Both the position numbers and the translations under genes were made by a program. 64,000 nucleotides of DNA from Rhodothermales bacterium. Its GTDB lineage: Bacteria > Bacteroidota > Rhodothermia > Rhodothermales > JAHQVL01. The notes beneath the pieces were generated by a model. That model saw only the letters and a list, made by a program, of their open reading frames with translations, did no database searches and was not told the origin of the DNA. This document shows positions 41,301 through 50,038 of the stretch, piece by piece. Numbering within the stretch: position 1 is the first letter of the stretch; every line of letters begins with the position of its first letter. Location of the stretch: positions 251,690-315,689 of the forward strand of contig CBDHHF010000014.1 in NCBI GenBank assembly GCA_965263205.1, written 5' to 3'.

Positions 41301-41629
41301 AAGAAGACACCCTGTTTGTAAATGGCATCCAACCGATCAACTTCTCTTTCCTTGAAACGCTAGACCTCCCCCGCGCTTTCACCCTAAAATCTTTCCTGAC
41401 CCACGGTACACTTACCCTGGAAGAGCACATGCGGGTTTTCAAACTCAGTGAAACGGAGAGTACGTTCATCCTGGAATCCCTGCTCAACCTGCGTATCATT
41501 GAACCCGCCGGCACTGCTCTCGAAGATGGCATTCACTTCCGCATTGAGAAAGATCAACCCTACCGACTACACCCTCTCATCGTTCACCCCGTGCTGGAGT
41601 TCTTGACGAAAAAGCACATTGTGTATTAG
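38303..41629 (+). CDS. large (1108 aa) hypothetical protein with a helical N-terminal half and a C-terminal degenerate P-loop NTPase-like module, translationally coupled to the MscS gene
   Basis: ATGA stop/start overlap with the MscS gene. A Walker-A-like LSMPDGSGRTSF (R in the K position) and a Walker-B-like PIVLVIDRFEHL lie about 85 aa apart. No family recognised. Confidence 0.6.
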   Translation: MSTIDTTISEPAAHTNGAPSEDYWSESRDQLKRIVADVHNTTLAGAEKLEKSISDDHLAPILEAFGKAAAVHETLQQEIKIALEQGTGVTWEQVLKYRRGTMEQVVKPLNARLGVQVSEQVYKSFRMLFTDLRSSIEEIPATLVIPEPPNLFAPRPSDAAWTRLRKLQVRSGKTMRVFRYGVINGFRSIAGRPKLILPIPQQEVNLRELLRYHVKVRVPNVFTETFNAIHSFLTKHIAAFERAQTQWTYLMLDLELDIAEPDHHLDALDSWLDLDNTPKRYSDPEWAKNLLSAITGLHTCIEEIAALDVPTLRVDTALFETCAQNLYIDFKHSDTFLLHDRSIPESGDQVVSQLGHATGFWKTWYREASNRLSLNTKLHELRDFLLRRQRGLLTSIANASIIPILHSFDQLRTTFARVQDEVTQICSNPTNVDNEAKVRAELEVRHKQISRQFKQILNDVTNLLRAGQALEEPGTVFWNDLHRFIDGLAEQIEVHETRQYPISEQESVHHQYQIQLREIVQSALLKSFPEQLTKSAKALQKAVIHTWEETQQVEYMVDYNIKAAFAEMLDEQEKQETTDPTQQPITTETEEPVAVAQELITTGLGRSTEKLTDLARELHGPWINLTNKAAEAIKVYSVDILHNVLEEDHMNDGWTNFKMRVSRSFKKMLQAGEQQWTRFKLWVQHIIKVGQRRARQLIKKGQSAVGVVDQSEDQWLSTLELASDIDTLHKRLPLVYRRLFSLKPLADLDLLEGRKLDVAFVKKHYAQWQKSQTGPLLLSMPDGSGRTSFMNVLTRSIFEGANVQPLTFSRRVPHENAFAAQVAEALSIPVTDDMTLESLEAQIIETPRTPEPIVLVIDRFEHLLLCSPGGHSLIERVLIFMSRTDNLIYWVINVSAHAWHFLEKTMSPSSGFISAYRVTNLQRQALEDIILKRHHRSGMSLHFRQNTASQSWFDFTGSGSQKNQQEAHRTAFFDKLYRLSGQNILLALLYWLRAVEFDTEEDTLFVNGIQPINFSFLETLDLPRAFTLKSFLTHGTLTLEEHMRVFKLSETESTFILESLLNLRIIEPAGTALEDGIHFRIEKDQPYRLHPLIVHPVLEFLTKKHIVY

Positions 41630-41881
41630 TTAAAGGTTTAAAGCTACAGGTTACAGGTCTTCTTGCACGACACCAGGCAATAACCTCTTAAGGTTCGACC
41701 ACCCCACCGTCATCTCCAGCTTGACTGGAGATCCACAGGTATGGCATACAACGTTCCTGTCTACTTGATCATGTACCCTGGTGGATGCCCAATCGCGTTG
41801 GGCATGACGTTTAGGACTAATTCGGCCCTGTTCGCAAGCAAAACCCAATCAAAAAACCTTCAACCTGCAACATTCAACCTT

Positions 41882-41918
41882 AAACAAAAAAAGCGCAGCC
41901 TGCTGACTGCGCTTTTTT
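41882..41918. terminator. bidirectional rho-independent terminator between convergent genes (1108-aa ORF and rpoD)
   Basis: An A-run, a 6-bp stem gcgcag/ctgcgc with an 8-nt loop, then T6. Confidence 0.7.
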
Positions 41919-41926
41919 CAAAAGAT

Positions 41927-42766
41927 CTACCCGATATGCATCTGCAATTCTTCGCGGCGATGTTTCTGGCGAAGTTTACGCAATGCTTTTTCCTTGATCT
42001 GTCGGACGCGTTCGCGTGTGAGACCAAAGCGCTGACCAATTTCTTCGAGCGTAAGCGGGTGTTCGCGGCCAATACCGAAGTAGAGGCGCGTGATTTCAGC
42101 TTCTCTTGGATGAAGCAGGCTCAGTGCACGTTCAATGTCGATTTTGAGCGACTCATCCATCAGCGTGTCATCAGGTGCTGTGTCTTCGTCGTCTGGCAGT
42201 ACGTCGAGGAGGCTGTTATCGTCGTCCTCGTTAAACGGCGCATCCATTGATAGATGCCGGCCCGTGTGTTGCATGGCCTCGCGAACTTTTTCGACGTCTA
42301 CTTCGAGTTCTTTTGCAAGCTCCTCGATATTCGGCTGACGTTCGTGCGTTTGTGCAAGGCGTGCACTGGTTTTGCGAATCTTTGAGATTGTACCAATACG
42401 GTTCAACGGCAGACGCACAACACGACTTTGCTCAGCAAGTGCCTGAAGGATGGCCTGGCGAATCCACCATACAGCATAAGAGATGAATTTGAATCCGCGG
42501 GTTTCATCGAAGCGCTGGGCGGCTTTGATCAAACCATAATTACCTTCGTTGATCAGATCAGCGAGGGTTAGGCCTTGGCCCTGATACTTTTTCGCAACTG
42601 ATACGACAAAGCGGAGATTCGCACGCGTTAACTTGTGAAGCGCCTCCTGGTCACCCTGTTTGATAAGACGCGCAAGCTTCACTTCCTCTTCAGGTACTAA
42701 CAGCGGGATTTGCCCGATTTCCTGAAGATACTGGTCCAGCATGCGTTGCTGGCGAGGAACGTACAT
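41927..42766 (-). CDS. rpoD: RNA polymerase sigma factor RpoD/SigA (short form typical of Bacteroidota)
   Basis: 279 aa with regions 1.2 to 4 present ([37 protein letters not shown]; …[29 protein letters not shown]). Confidence 0.9.
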   Translation of the reverse strand: MYVPRQQRMLDQYLQEIGQIPLLVPEEEVKLARLIKQGDQEALHKLTRANLRFVVSVAKKYQGQGLTLADLINEGNYGLIKAAQRFDETRGFKFISYAVWWIRQAILQALAEQSRVVRLPLNRIGTISKIRKTSARLAQTHERQPNIEELAKELEVDVEKVREAMQHTGRHLSMDAPFNEDDDNSLLDVLPDDEDTAPDDTLMDESLKIDIERALSLLHPREAEITRLYFGIGREHPLTLEEIGQRFGLTRERVRQIKEKALRKLRQKHRREELQMHIG

Positions 42767-43161
42767 AGGCTTCTAGCGATTAGGTTGTAGCAGTTGTCTG
42801 GGGAGTCTATCTCTGTTTTGGATATGTGGCAGGGCCAAAACAAACAGCGCTCAAACCGTAAGCATCATGGCTTCCACACGCCCGACTTGCTACGATTGTT
42901 TCGGCTAGTTGTATATTCTTAGCGACTTTATACGAAAAGGTCGGTATTGGTTCCGCTGATTGTAGCACAAACGCTTTGGCATCCGGGGCGTTCCTTAAAC
43001 GTCTGGTTTTAAAAGTGCTTTGGTCAGCGTAGTGGGTATCGTAGCTTTTCCAAGCATCGGCAGAAAGCATCATCGATTTAAACCGGAACAGAAAATTTGT
43101 CTGCAATTTTTTCCGAGCCGGTACGCAAAAAAAACTGGCATATAGCCTGACCAAAGAATAG

Positions 43162-44068
<907 letters not shown>

Positions 44069-44157
44069 AACAGCACATGCAGTCTGCGGTTTACCTTCAC
44101 AATCCATTTCCCGCGTCCGTCTGATTCCAAATCGAGGTAAAGACCTCCCCTGCATAC

Positions 44158-44961
44158 TTGACGATATTTGACTGGGTCATACCGATTCGTGTAGTAGATC
44201 TCATCGAGATTGGGCTCGTCTCTTTTGTCCTGTATAAACTGTACCTCCTGATGCGGGGCACCATTGCGGTGCAGTTATTTATTGGCGTGCTGGCCCTCTT
44301 TCTTGTCAAAATTCTCGTTGAATCGGCCAACATGACCATGTTGCGTGTCTTGTTCAGGCAGTTCAACGAAGTATTCGTGCTGGCTGTAATTATCCTCTTT
44401 CAGCCCGAAATTCGGCGTGTCTTGTTCATTCTTGGGAAGAATAACCCATTGATGCAACGCTTTGTGGTGACGCCGGCGCAGGAAAGTATGATCACCGAAG
44501 TGCTTTCAGCCATCAGCGAAATGTCGCAACGATGCATTGGTGCACTCATTGTGTTTGAGCGTTCAACGGGGCTCCGTAATTACATAGAAACAGGTACGTT
44601 ACTGCAGTCCAAAATCAGCAGAGACCTCCTCGTTACAATTTTCTATGCCCAGAACCCGTTGCACGACGGAGCCCTGATTATCCGAAATCAGCGCGTAGAA
44701 GCAGCGCGATGTATTCTGCCAGTTTCCAACAGTATGCGCATGAGCCCGCTACACGGTCTGCGACACCGCGCTGCTGTTGGCTTAACAGAGCAAACCGATG
44801 CGTTTGTGATTGTGGTTTCAGAAGAAACAGGACAAATTTCTATATCTAAAAACGGCGAACTCATTTCTAATTTGACCGTCGAGGAGTTGCGTACGTACCT
44901 TACAGAAGCGTTAACGATACTCCCACAGGCCGAAGAAAAACCCACCACACCTGAAGCCTGA
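44158..44961 (+). CDS. cdaA: diadenylate cyclase CdaA (DAC domain; c-di-AMP synthase)
   Basis: N-terminal TM helices and the DAC motifs …HDGALIIRNQRVEAARCILPVS…RHRAAVGLTEQTDAFVIVVSEETGQISISKNGEL. folP-cdaA adjacency is common. Confidence 0.85.
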   Translation: MTIFDWVIPIRVVDLIEIGLVSFVLYKLYLLMRGTIAVQLFIGVLALFLVKILVESANMTMLRVLFRQFNEVFVLAVIILFQPEIRRVLFILGKNNPLMQRFVVTPAQESMITEVLSAISEMSQRCIGALIVFERSTGLRNYIETGTLLQSKISRDLLVTIFYAQNPLHDGALIIRNQRVEAARCILPVSNSMRMSPLHGLRHRAAVGLTEQTDAFVIVVSEETGQISISKNGELISNLTVEELRTYLTEALTILPQAEEKPTTPEA

Positions 44962-45014
44962 CGCCTACAGCGTTTAACGCTCCGTTACCCCGAGCCGTAC
45001 AAACCCGCGTACCG

Positions 45015-45662
45015 TTGCACACAGAAGATCGTAAGTACTCCCGTCTCAAAGCCCGTCTCGTTGATGAACTTCGGGAAAAAGGTATCGAACACGAAGGCGT
45101 CCTGAAAGCCATCGGCGCTGTACCCCGACACATGTTTGTCGAGCAGGCATTCCAACAACGCGCGTACGAAGATGAAGCGCTGCCTATTGGGTTACAACAA
45201 ACCATTTCCCAACCATTCACCGTCGCCTATCAAACGGCGATGCTGGATCCTAAAAAAAACGAACGGGTGCTTGAAATAGGCACAGGTAGTGGTTATCAGG
45301 CCGCCGTGTTATGCGAAATGGGGGCGCAAGTGTATTCCATTGAACGGCACGAAGCGTTGTACCAGCGTTCCAAAAAATTACTATCGTCCCTGCGATACCG
45401 CGTGGTGTCCAAATGTGGTGATGGCACCCTCGGGTGGCCGGCGTTTGCCCCCTTCGACAAAATCCTTGTCACTGCAGGTGCCCTGGGTGTACCGGAAGAC
45501 GTACTCAAACAACTCAAAGACCCTGGCGGTAAACTTATTATCCCGGTTGGTAATCGAGAGGGGCAGGTAATGAAACAAGTTGTCCGAACGGCCCTGACAC
45601 CTATGAAGAAGAAAACACCCGATCGTTCAGGTTTGTCCCGCTCATTGGCGACGGTAAACTAA
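45015..45662 (+). CDS. pcm: protein-L-isoaspartate O-methyltransferase
   Basis: VLEIGTGSGYQAAVLCEMGAQVYSIERHEAL SAM-binding motif; 215 aa. Confidence 0.85.
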   Translation: MHTEDRKYSRLKARLVDELREKGIEHEGVLKAIGAVPRHMFVEQAFQQRAYEDEALPIGLQQTISQPFTVAYQTAMLDPKKNERVLEIGTGSGYQAAVLCEMGAQVYSIERHEALYQRSKKLLSSLRYRVVSKCGDGTLGWPAFAPFDKILVTAGALGVPEDVLKQLKDPGGKLIIPVGNREGQVMKQVVRTALTPMKKKTPDRSGLSRSLATVN

Positions 45663-45740
45663 GCAGTAAATTACGTAATCGCGGTTGACCGCTCATCCGG
45701 GTGCCGGCTGGCGCCCCTTTGCATTCCCCAACATCAGCAT

Positions 45741-46721
45741 ATGGAATATACACGACTGGGTAAAACAGGCCTGCAGGTTTCTCGCATTTGTATGGGATGC
45801 ATGACGTTTGGCATTCCCAACCGCGGCCACCATCCCTGGACGCTCAACGAAGCAGACAGCCGGCCCATTATCAAACGTGCGCTGGATCTGGGCATCAACT
45901 TCTTTGATACAGCGAATTCTTACTCAGATGGCACCAGCGAGGAAATTGTCGGGCGTGCGCTCAAAGATTTTGCACAACGCGATGACGTTGTGATTGCCAC
46001 CAAAGTATTCTTCCCGTTGACCGACAAACCCAACGCCGGCGGCCTCTCGCGCAAATCGATTATGCACAACATCGACGCGAGCTTGAGACGATTGGGTACA
46101 GATTACGTGGATCTCTACCAGATTCATCGCTGGGACTATGAGACGCCCATCGAGGAAACAATGGAAGCGCTGCACGATGTTGTGAAAGCCGGCAAAGCAC
46201 GCTATATCGGTGCTTCTTCCATGTATGCCTGGCAATTTGCCAAAGCCCTGTATACTGCCGATCAGCACGGCTGGACCCGCTTTGTCTCGATGCAGAATTA
46301 TCTCAACCTGCTGTACCGCGAAGAAGAACGCGAAATGCTTCCGCTGTGCAAAGAAGAAGGTATAGGGGTTATTCCCTGGAGCCCACTTGCACGGGGCAAG
46401 CTTACAAGAGATTGGACAGAAAGCACAAAACGACAAGAATCAGACGAGATTGCGAAGAAACTTTTTGCAGAGGTGAGTCAGGCTGACCAGGACATCGTGA
46501 CCCGCGTTAAAACCATCGCCAACCAGCACAATGCATCCCGTGCCCAGGTGGCCCTTGCCTGGGTATTGCAACAAGACGTGGTAACCTCACCAATCATCGG
46601 GACTTCAAAAATCAGTCACCTGGATGATGCCGTACACGCCCTTTCGTTGAAATTGAGCGAGGAAGAGCTGGCCTACCTCGAAGCGTTGTACTTACCGCAC
46701 CCGATCGCTGGACATTCCTGA
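45741..46721 (+). CDS. aldo/keto reductase family oxidoreductase
   Basis: MEYTRLGKTGLQVSRICMGCMTFG… AKR N-terminus; LGINFFDTANSYSDGTSEEIVG; 326 aa. Confidence 0.85.
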   Translation: MEYTRLGKTGLQVSRICMGCMTFGIPNRGHHPWTLNEADSRPIIKRALDLGINFFDTANSYSDGTSEEIVGRALKDFAQRDDVVIATKVFFPLTDKPNAGGLSRKSIMHNIDASLRRLGTDYVDLYQIHRWDYETPIEETMEALHDVVKAGKARYIGASSMYAWQFAKALYTADQHGWTRFVSMQNYLNLLYREEEREMLPLCKEEGIGVIPWSPLARGKLTRDWTESTKRQESDEIAKKLFAEVSQADQDIVTRVKTIANQHNASRAQVALAWVLQQDVVTSPIIGTSKISHLDDAVHALSLKLSEEELAYLEALYLPHPIAGHS

Positions 46722-46722
46722 T

Positions 46723-47901
46723 TCAGTCCTTGCTACGAATAGCTGTCCCGGTGCGAGGAAATGGCACATTGAAATGCGCAGCAACAGTCGCGGCATGGTC
46801 GGCAAAGGTTGCACGCGTTCCCATAGCCTCTCCCTGTACACCTGGCTGGTAATACAACGCCGGCACATACTCGCGGCTGTGATCGGTACCGGGTGTGGTG
46901 GGATCATTTCCATGATCTGCTGTAATAAACAGCCGGCTCGCTTCTCCGGGTAATGCTGCTATGATCTCGGGTAGTGCCGTATCAAATGCCTCCAATGCTC
47001 GTGCAAAGCCATCCGGGTTGTTGCGGTGTCCATACTCCTGATCAAAATCCACAAGGTTTACCCAGACAAACGTTGGCACCTCGGGCTCAGCCCGCTGCAA
47101 AATCTCGAGCGTCCGTGCCACACCTTCTTTATTGGACTTGGTCTTGTAACGTTCATCAAAGCCCAATCCGCCAAAAAGATCGGCTACTTTCCCAACCGAA
47201 ACCGTTCGAATTCCATGTTCTTGCAACACAAATTGAAGCGGAGCTTCTTCAGGCAGGATCGCGAAGTCTTTTCGTTCAGCTGATACGCGTTGATAAGCAC
47301 CCGCGTCACCCACAAAAGGCCGTGCAATAACGCGCCCCACCCCATATGGCCCAACACAAACTTGATCACGCGCGATCTGGCAAATCCGATACAGTTCGGG
47401 CAGAGCGATTACATCTTTGTGGGCTGCAACCTGGAAAACGCTATCCGCCGAGGTGTAGACAATGGGCTGCCCGGAAGCTTCATGCGCCGGCCCAAATTGA
47501 TCGATAATAGCTGTACCTGAAGCCGCGCAATTGCCAAGGACTTCGGTATACCCGGAGGCTTCCAAAAATTGTTCGATCAATACAGAAGGGAATCCATCTG
47601 GAAAAGTAGGAAATGGTGCCTTCAAGGCAATGCCGGCAAGCTCCCAGTGCCCGGTGGTACTGTCCTTCCCTGCAGACACTTCGAGCATCTTCCCATACGT
47701 CGCCTCTGGCGAGGCAACCGGTGCGACGCCGGCTAACGACGCGATATTCCCCAATCCCATCTGCGCCAGGTTTGGCAACTGAGGCTTTGCAACAGCGCAC
47801 ACGTGGGCCAATGTATGGCTCCCTTCATCGCCATACGCATCCGCATCAGGCTGTGCGCCGATGCCTACGCCGTCCAGGACTATGGTGAGAAATAGTGACA
47901 T
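46723..47901 (-). CDS. deoB: phosphopentomutase
   Basis: MSLFLTIVLDGVGIG…DADAYGDEGSHTLAHV… matches the alkaline-phosphatase-superfamily DeoB. The track ORF extends to 48021 only by reading through the 7-nt tandem repeat; the real start is ATG at 47901. Confidence 0.8.
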   Translation of the reverse strand: MSLFLTIVLDGVGIGAQPDADAYGDEGSHTLAHVCAVAKPQLPNLAQMGLGNIASLAGVAPVASPEATYGKMLEVSAGKDSTTGHWELAGIALKAPFPTFPDGFPSVLIEQFLEASGYTEVLGNCAASGTAIIDQFGPAHEASGQPIVYTSADSVFQVAAHKDVIALPELYRICQIARDQVCVGPYGVGRVIARPFVGDAGAYQRVSAERKDFAILPEEAPLQFVLQEHGIRTVSVGKVADLFGGLGFDERYKTKSNKEGVARTLEILQRAEPEVPTFVWVNLVDFDQEYGHRNNPDGFARALEAFDTALPEIIAALPGEASRLFITADHGNDPTTPGTDHSREYVPALYYQPGVQGEAMGTRATFADHAATVAAHFNVPFPRTGTAIRSKD

Positions 47902-47903
47902 GG

Positions 47904-47973
47904 AGGAGTGAGGAGTGAGGAGTGAGGAGTGAGGAGTGAGGAGTGAGGAGTGAGGAGTGAGGAGTGAGGAGTG
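47904..47973. repeat. perfect heptanucleotide tandem repeat (AGGAGTG)x10 (CACTCCT on the deoB coding strand), directly abutting the deoB start codon
   Basis: Counted directly: ten exact 7-nt units over 47904-47973. It translates as an HSSLLTP repeat in the artefactual N-terminal extension. Confidence 0.95.
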
Positions 47974-48125
47974 ATTGAAGTTTCCTTCGATATTCGGTGT
48001 TCCTTGCTCGATATTCGTCATTCGAGGGGCTAAATGCCCCGAAGCGATCCTTCGCGGGGCTCAGGATGACGGGAATGATGCAGCTCAACAACCCGCAATC
48101 GCCAATCCGCAATCAACAGCTCCGC

Positions 48126-49475
48126 TCACTCAATAATGGTGGTTGCACCCGTTTCAAATGCTTCGCGCAGGGCTTCGGTGGCGTCGGCACGGAAGTCATC
48201 AGCGTCTTTGTGGCGGTCTTGCAGCAACGCGATGCCGATGCTCACGCCTCCTTCAAAGTGCTCACCTTCGCGAACAAGCTCATCTTGTAGCTGTAGCGCC
48301 CAGGCTTCAACTTCGCTTACGCTTTCATCTTGAAAAATACCATAGGTCAGTTCACCAAACCGTTCGAGCCGGCCACCATTCACGGCAAGCTCCAACCGGG
48401 TTGCCATGGCATGCTCCGCATCGCTAATGGCCTTGCCGCCCTCATCTGCTACCTGTTCAGCACGATTCAGATAAATGAGCGCAAGCGCAAGGGGGTGGTT
48501 TTGATTGCGAGCACGGTCAATTTCCTCGGCGATAATTTCACGGCGTGGGCGCACACGGGGTTTGATAAATTCTCCCGAATCGCCTTCCAACACTGGGGTA
48601 GACATAAACGTACCCAGCAGCGTGGCAAACTGCCCAATCATCAACCGTTGCCACGGGTCATCCAGGTCTTGCCAACCCAATGCATCCACCAACAGGTAAT
48701 ACGAGGCTTCATCACCGGGCGCTTTGATCGGCGCAATGGCCACCTGGCGAATGGCTACCGGGGTGTTGTAATAGCCCAGTTCATCCATGGCCGATTTGTT
48801 AGGATCCATGTCTTTGACCACCACGGCTGTGCCGGCAGGCGCCAGGTCATCAAGCAGGTGATCGAGTTGGAGACTTTTTGAACCCAAGGCCTGCGGGTTC
48901 TGGCTAACAATCGCTTCGACATGACAGCGGCCGGCGTTGTCCCGATTGATCAAACATGCTGTATAGCCATCAACAGATGCCTGGACGGCGTTCAGCATTC
49001 TAAACAAAGCTTCGCGGCGAGACACGCCACTCTTACGTGTTTCATCTGCAATCACATCATCTGGCACGCCAAAAACATCATCCTCTGCAACCGCGGCCTC
49101 GTCCTCAGTAACATCGTCTCTTTCGGATGGGTCATCCAACACCTGTTCATCGTCGCTATCCGTTACCTCAACGTCATCCACTGTTTCTGCGATCTCTTCT
49201 TCAACTTCAGCCTCTTCATATGCGGCTTCTCCCTCATCTTCTACATCAATAATTTCTACCTCCCCGTCATCGCCTCGTGCACCGACTGCTCTTGGTTTGA
49301 TCTCTAGAATTCCAAGTGCACTGAGCTCTTCTTCAGGGGTGCGATTCAAGGAAGCCGTTTGATACGACTGCGAAGTAGCACCTGCACCTCGACGGTTATT
49401 TAAGAAGACGAGAACGCCTAATGCTATCAGGATGCCAGCGATAATGAGTAGTATGATTGCTAAAGTGCCGCTCAT
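48126..49475 (-). CDS. membrane-anchored protein with an acidic linker and a C-terminal degenerate GGDEF domain (predicted catalytically inactive diguanylate-cyclase-like)
   Basis: N-terminal TM (ILLIIAGILIALGVLVFL), an E/D-rich low-complexity segment, and a C-terminus that aligns with the GGDEF fold (…RLERFGELTYGIFQ… in place of RxGGDEF; …ADATEALREAFETGATT in place of ADxALYxAKxxGRN). Confidence 0.55.
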   Translation of the reverse strand: MSGTLAIILLIIAGILIALGVLVFLNNRRGAGATSQSYQTASLNRTPEEELSALGILEIKPRAVGARGDDGEVEIIDVEDEGEAAYEEAEVEEEIAETVDDVEVTDSDDEQVLDDPSERDDVTEDEAAVAEDDVFGVPDDVIADETRKSGVSRREALFRMLNAVQASVDGYTACLINRDNAGRCHVEAIVSQNPQALGSKSLQLDHLLDDLAPAGTAVVVKDMDPNKSAMDELGYYNTPVAIRQVAIAPIKAPGDEASYYLLVDALGWQDLDDPWQRLMIGQFATLLGTFMSTPVLEGDSGEFIKPRVRPRREIIAEEIDRARNQNHPLALALIYLNRAEQVADEGGKAISDAEHAMATRLELAVNGGRLERFGELTYGIFQDESVSEVEAWALQLQDELVREGEHFEGGVSIGIALLQDRHKDADDFRADATEALREAFETGATTIIE

Positions 49476-50038
49476 AAGAGAAATGAGTAGGTAGAAGTGC
49501 CATACAAGGCGCGTCTGCGCCTGCCCGTCGTCTTATTCATACTGCGTGGCACCGGGGTACCCGAAAGGTTCTGGATTACAGACAACATCACGCAACAAGA
49601 TGCTAAAATCTACTAGCCTCATTTGGCGATGTCAACCGGGTAAGTGATCGAACAGTTGCCATTAAAGTCAGAAACCGCCCGTTCTGATCCATTGCCGGCC
49701 CAATTTAAAATTTTATGCGTCAGGACACGGAATTCCCATGGATCTACAACAAAATTTGGAAATCTTTTATTCTGTATATTAGTAGAAACTCTTAGACGCG
49801 CGTATCCTTGCGCAACTATTATTAATAATCAGTAATTCACGCCGCGACGCAAAACCTACGCTTTTCCGTTTTGTGGTCCGGAATTTGAATGGATAAGGAT
49901 TCTCTCAAACCAGACGATCTTTAGACTATACGCCACCTTTCTACACGTAGCAAAATCCGTTAGCATCCAAAAATTACACAAATCCCGCAAAAGGCTGTAG
50001 CAAACTGCGCCTTCGCAGGATTCTTCGCACATAAAACC

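Noticed and set aside
41690-41760. tRNA-like GGTTCGA T-loop-like string
   Set aside because: No acceptor stem, D-arm or anticodon-arm complementarity could be found around it, so it is not a tRNA.
41741-42250. 169-aa plus-strand ORF
   Set aside because: It is antisense to the well-supported rpoD gene. This is a typical shadow ORF.
47904-47973. Possible CRISPR array given the perfect short repeats
   Set aside because: The units are 7 nt with no spacers and no cas genes nearby. It is a microsatellite, not a CRISPR. The same applies to the 14-mer x3 at 59732-59773.
47902-48021. N-terminal extension of deoB (track ORF starts at 48021) that reads through the heptamer repeat as an HSSLLTP x3 peptide
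   Set aside because: The conserved DeoB N-terminus (MSLFLTIVLDGVGIG) begins at the ATG at 47901. The extension is translated microsatellite and is in frame only by chance.
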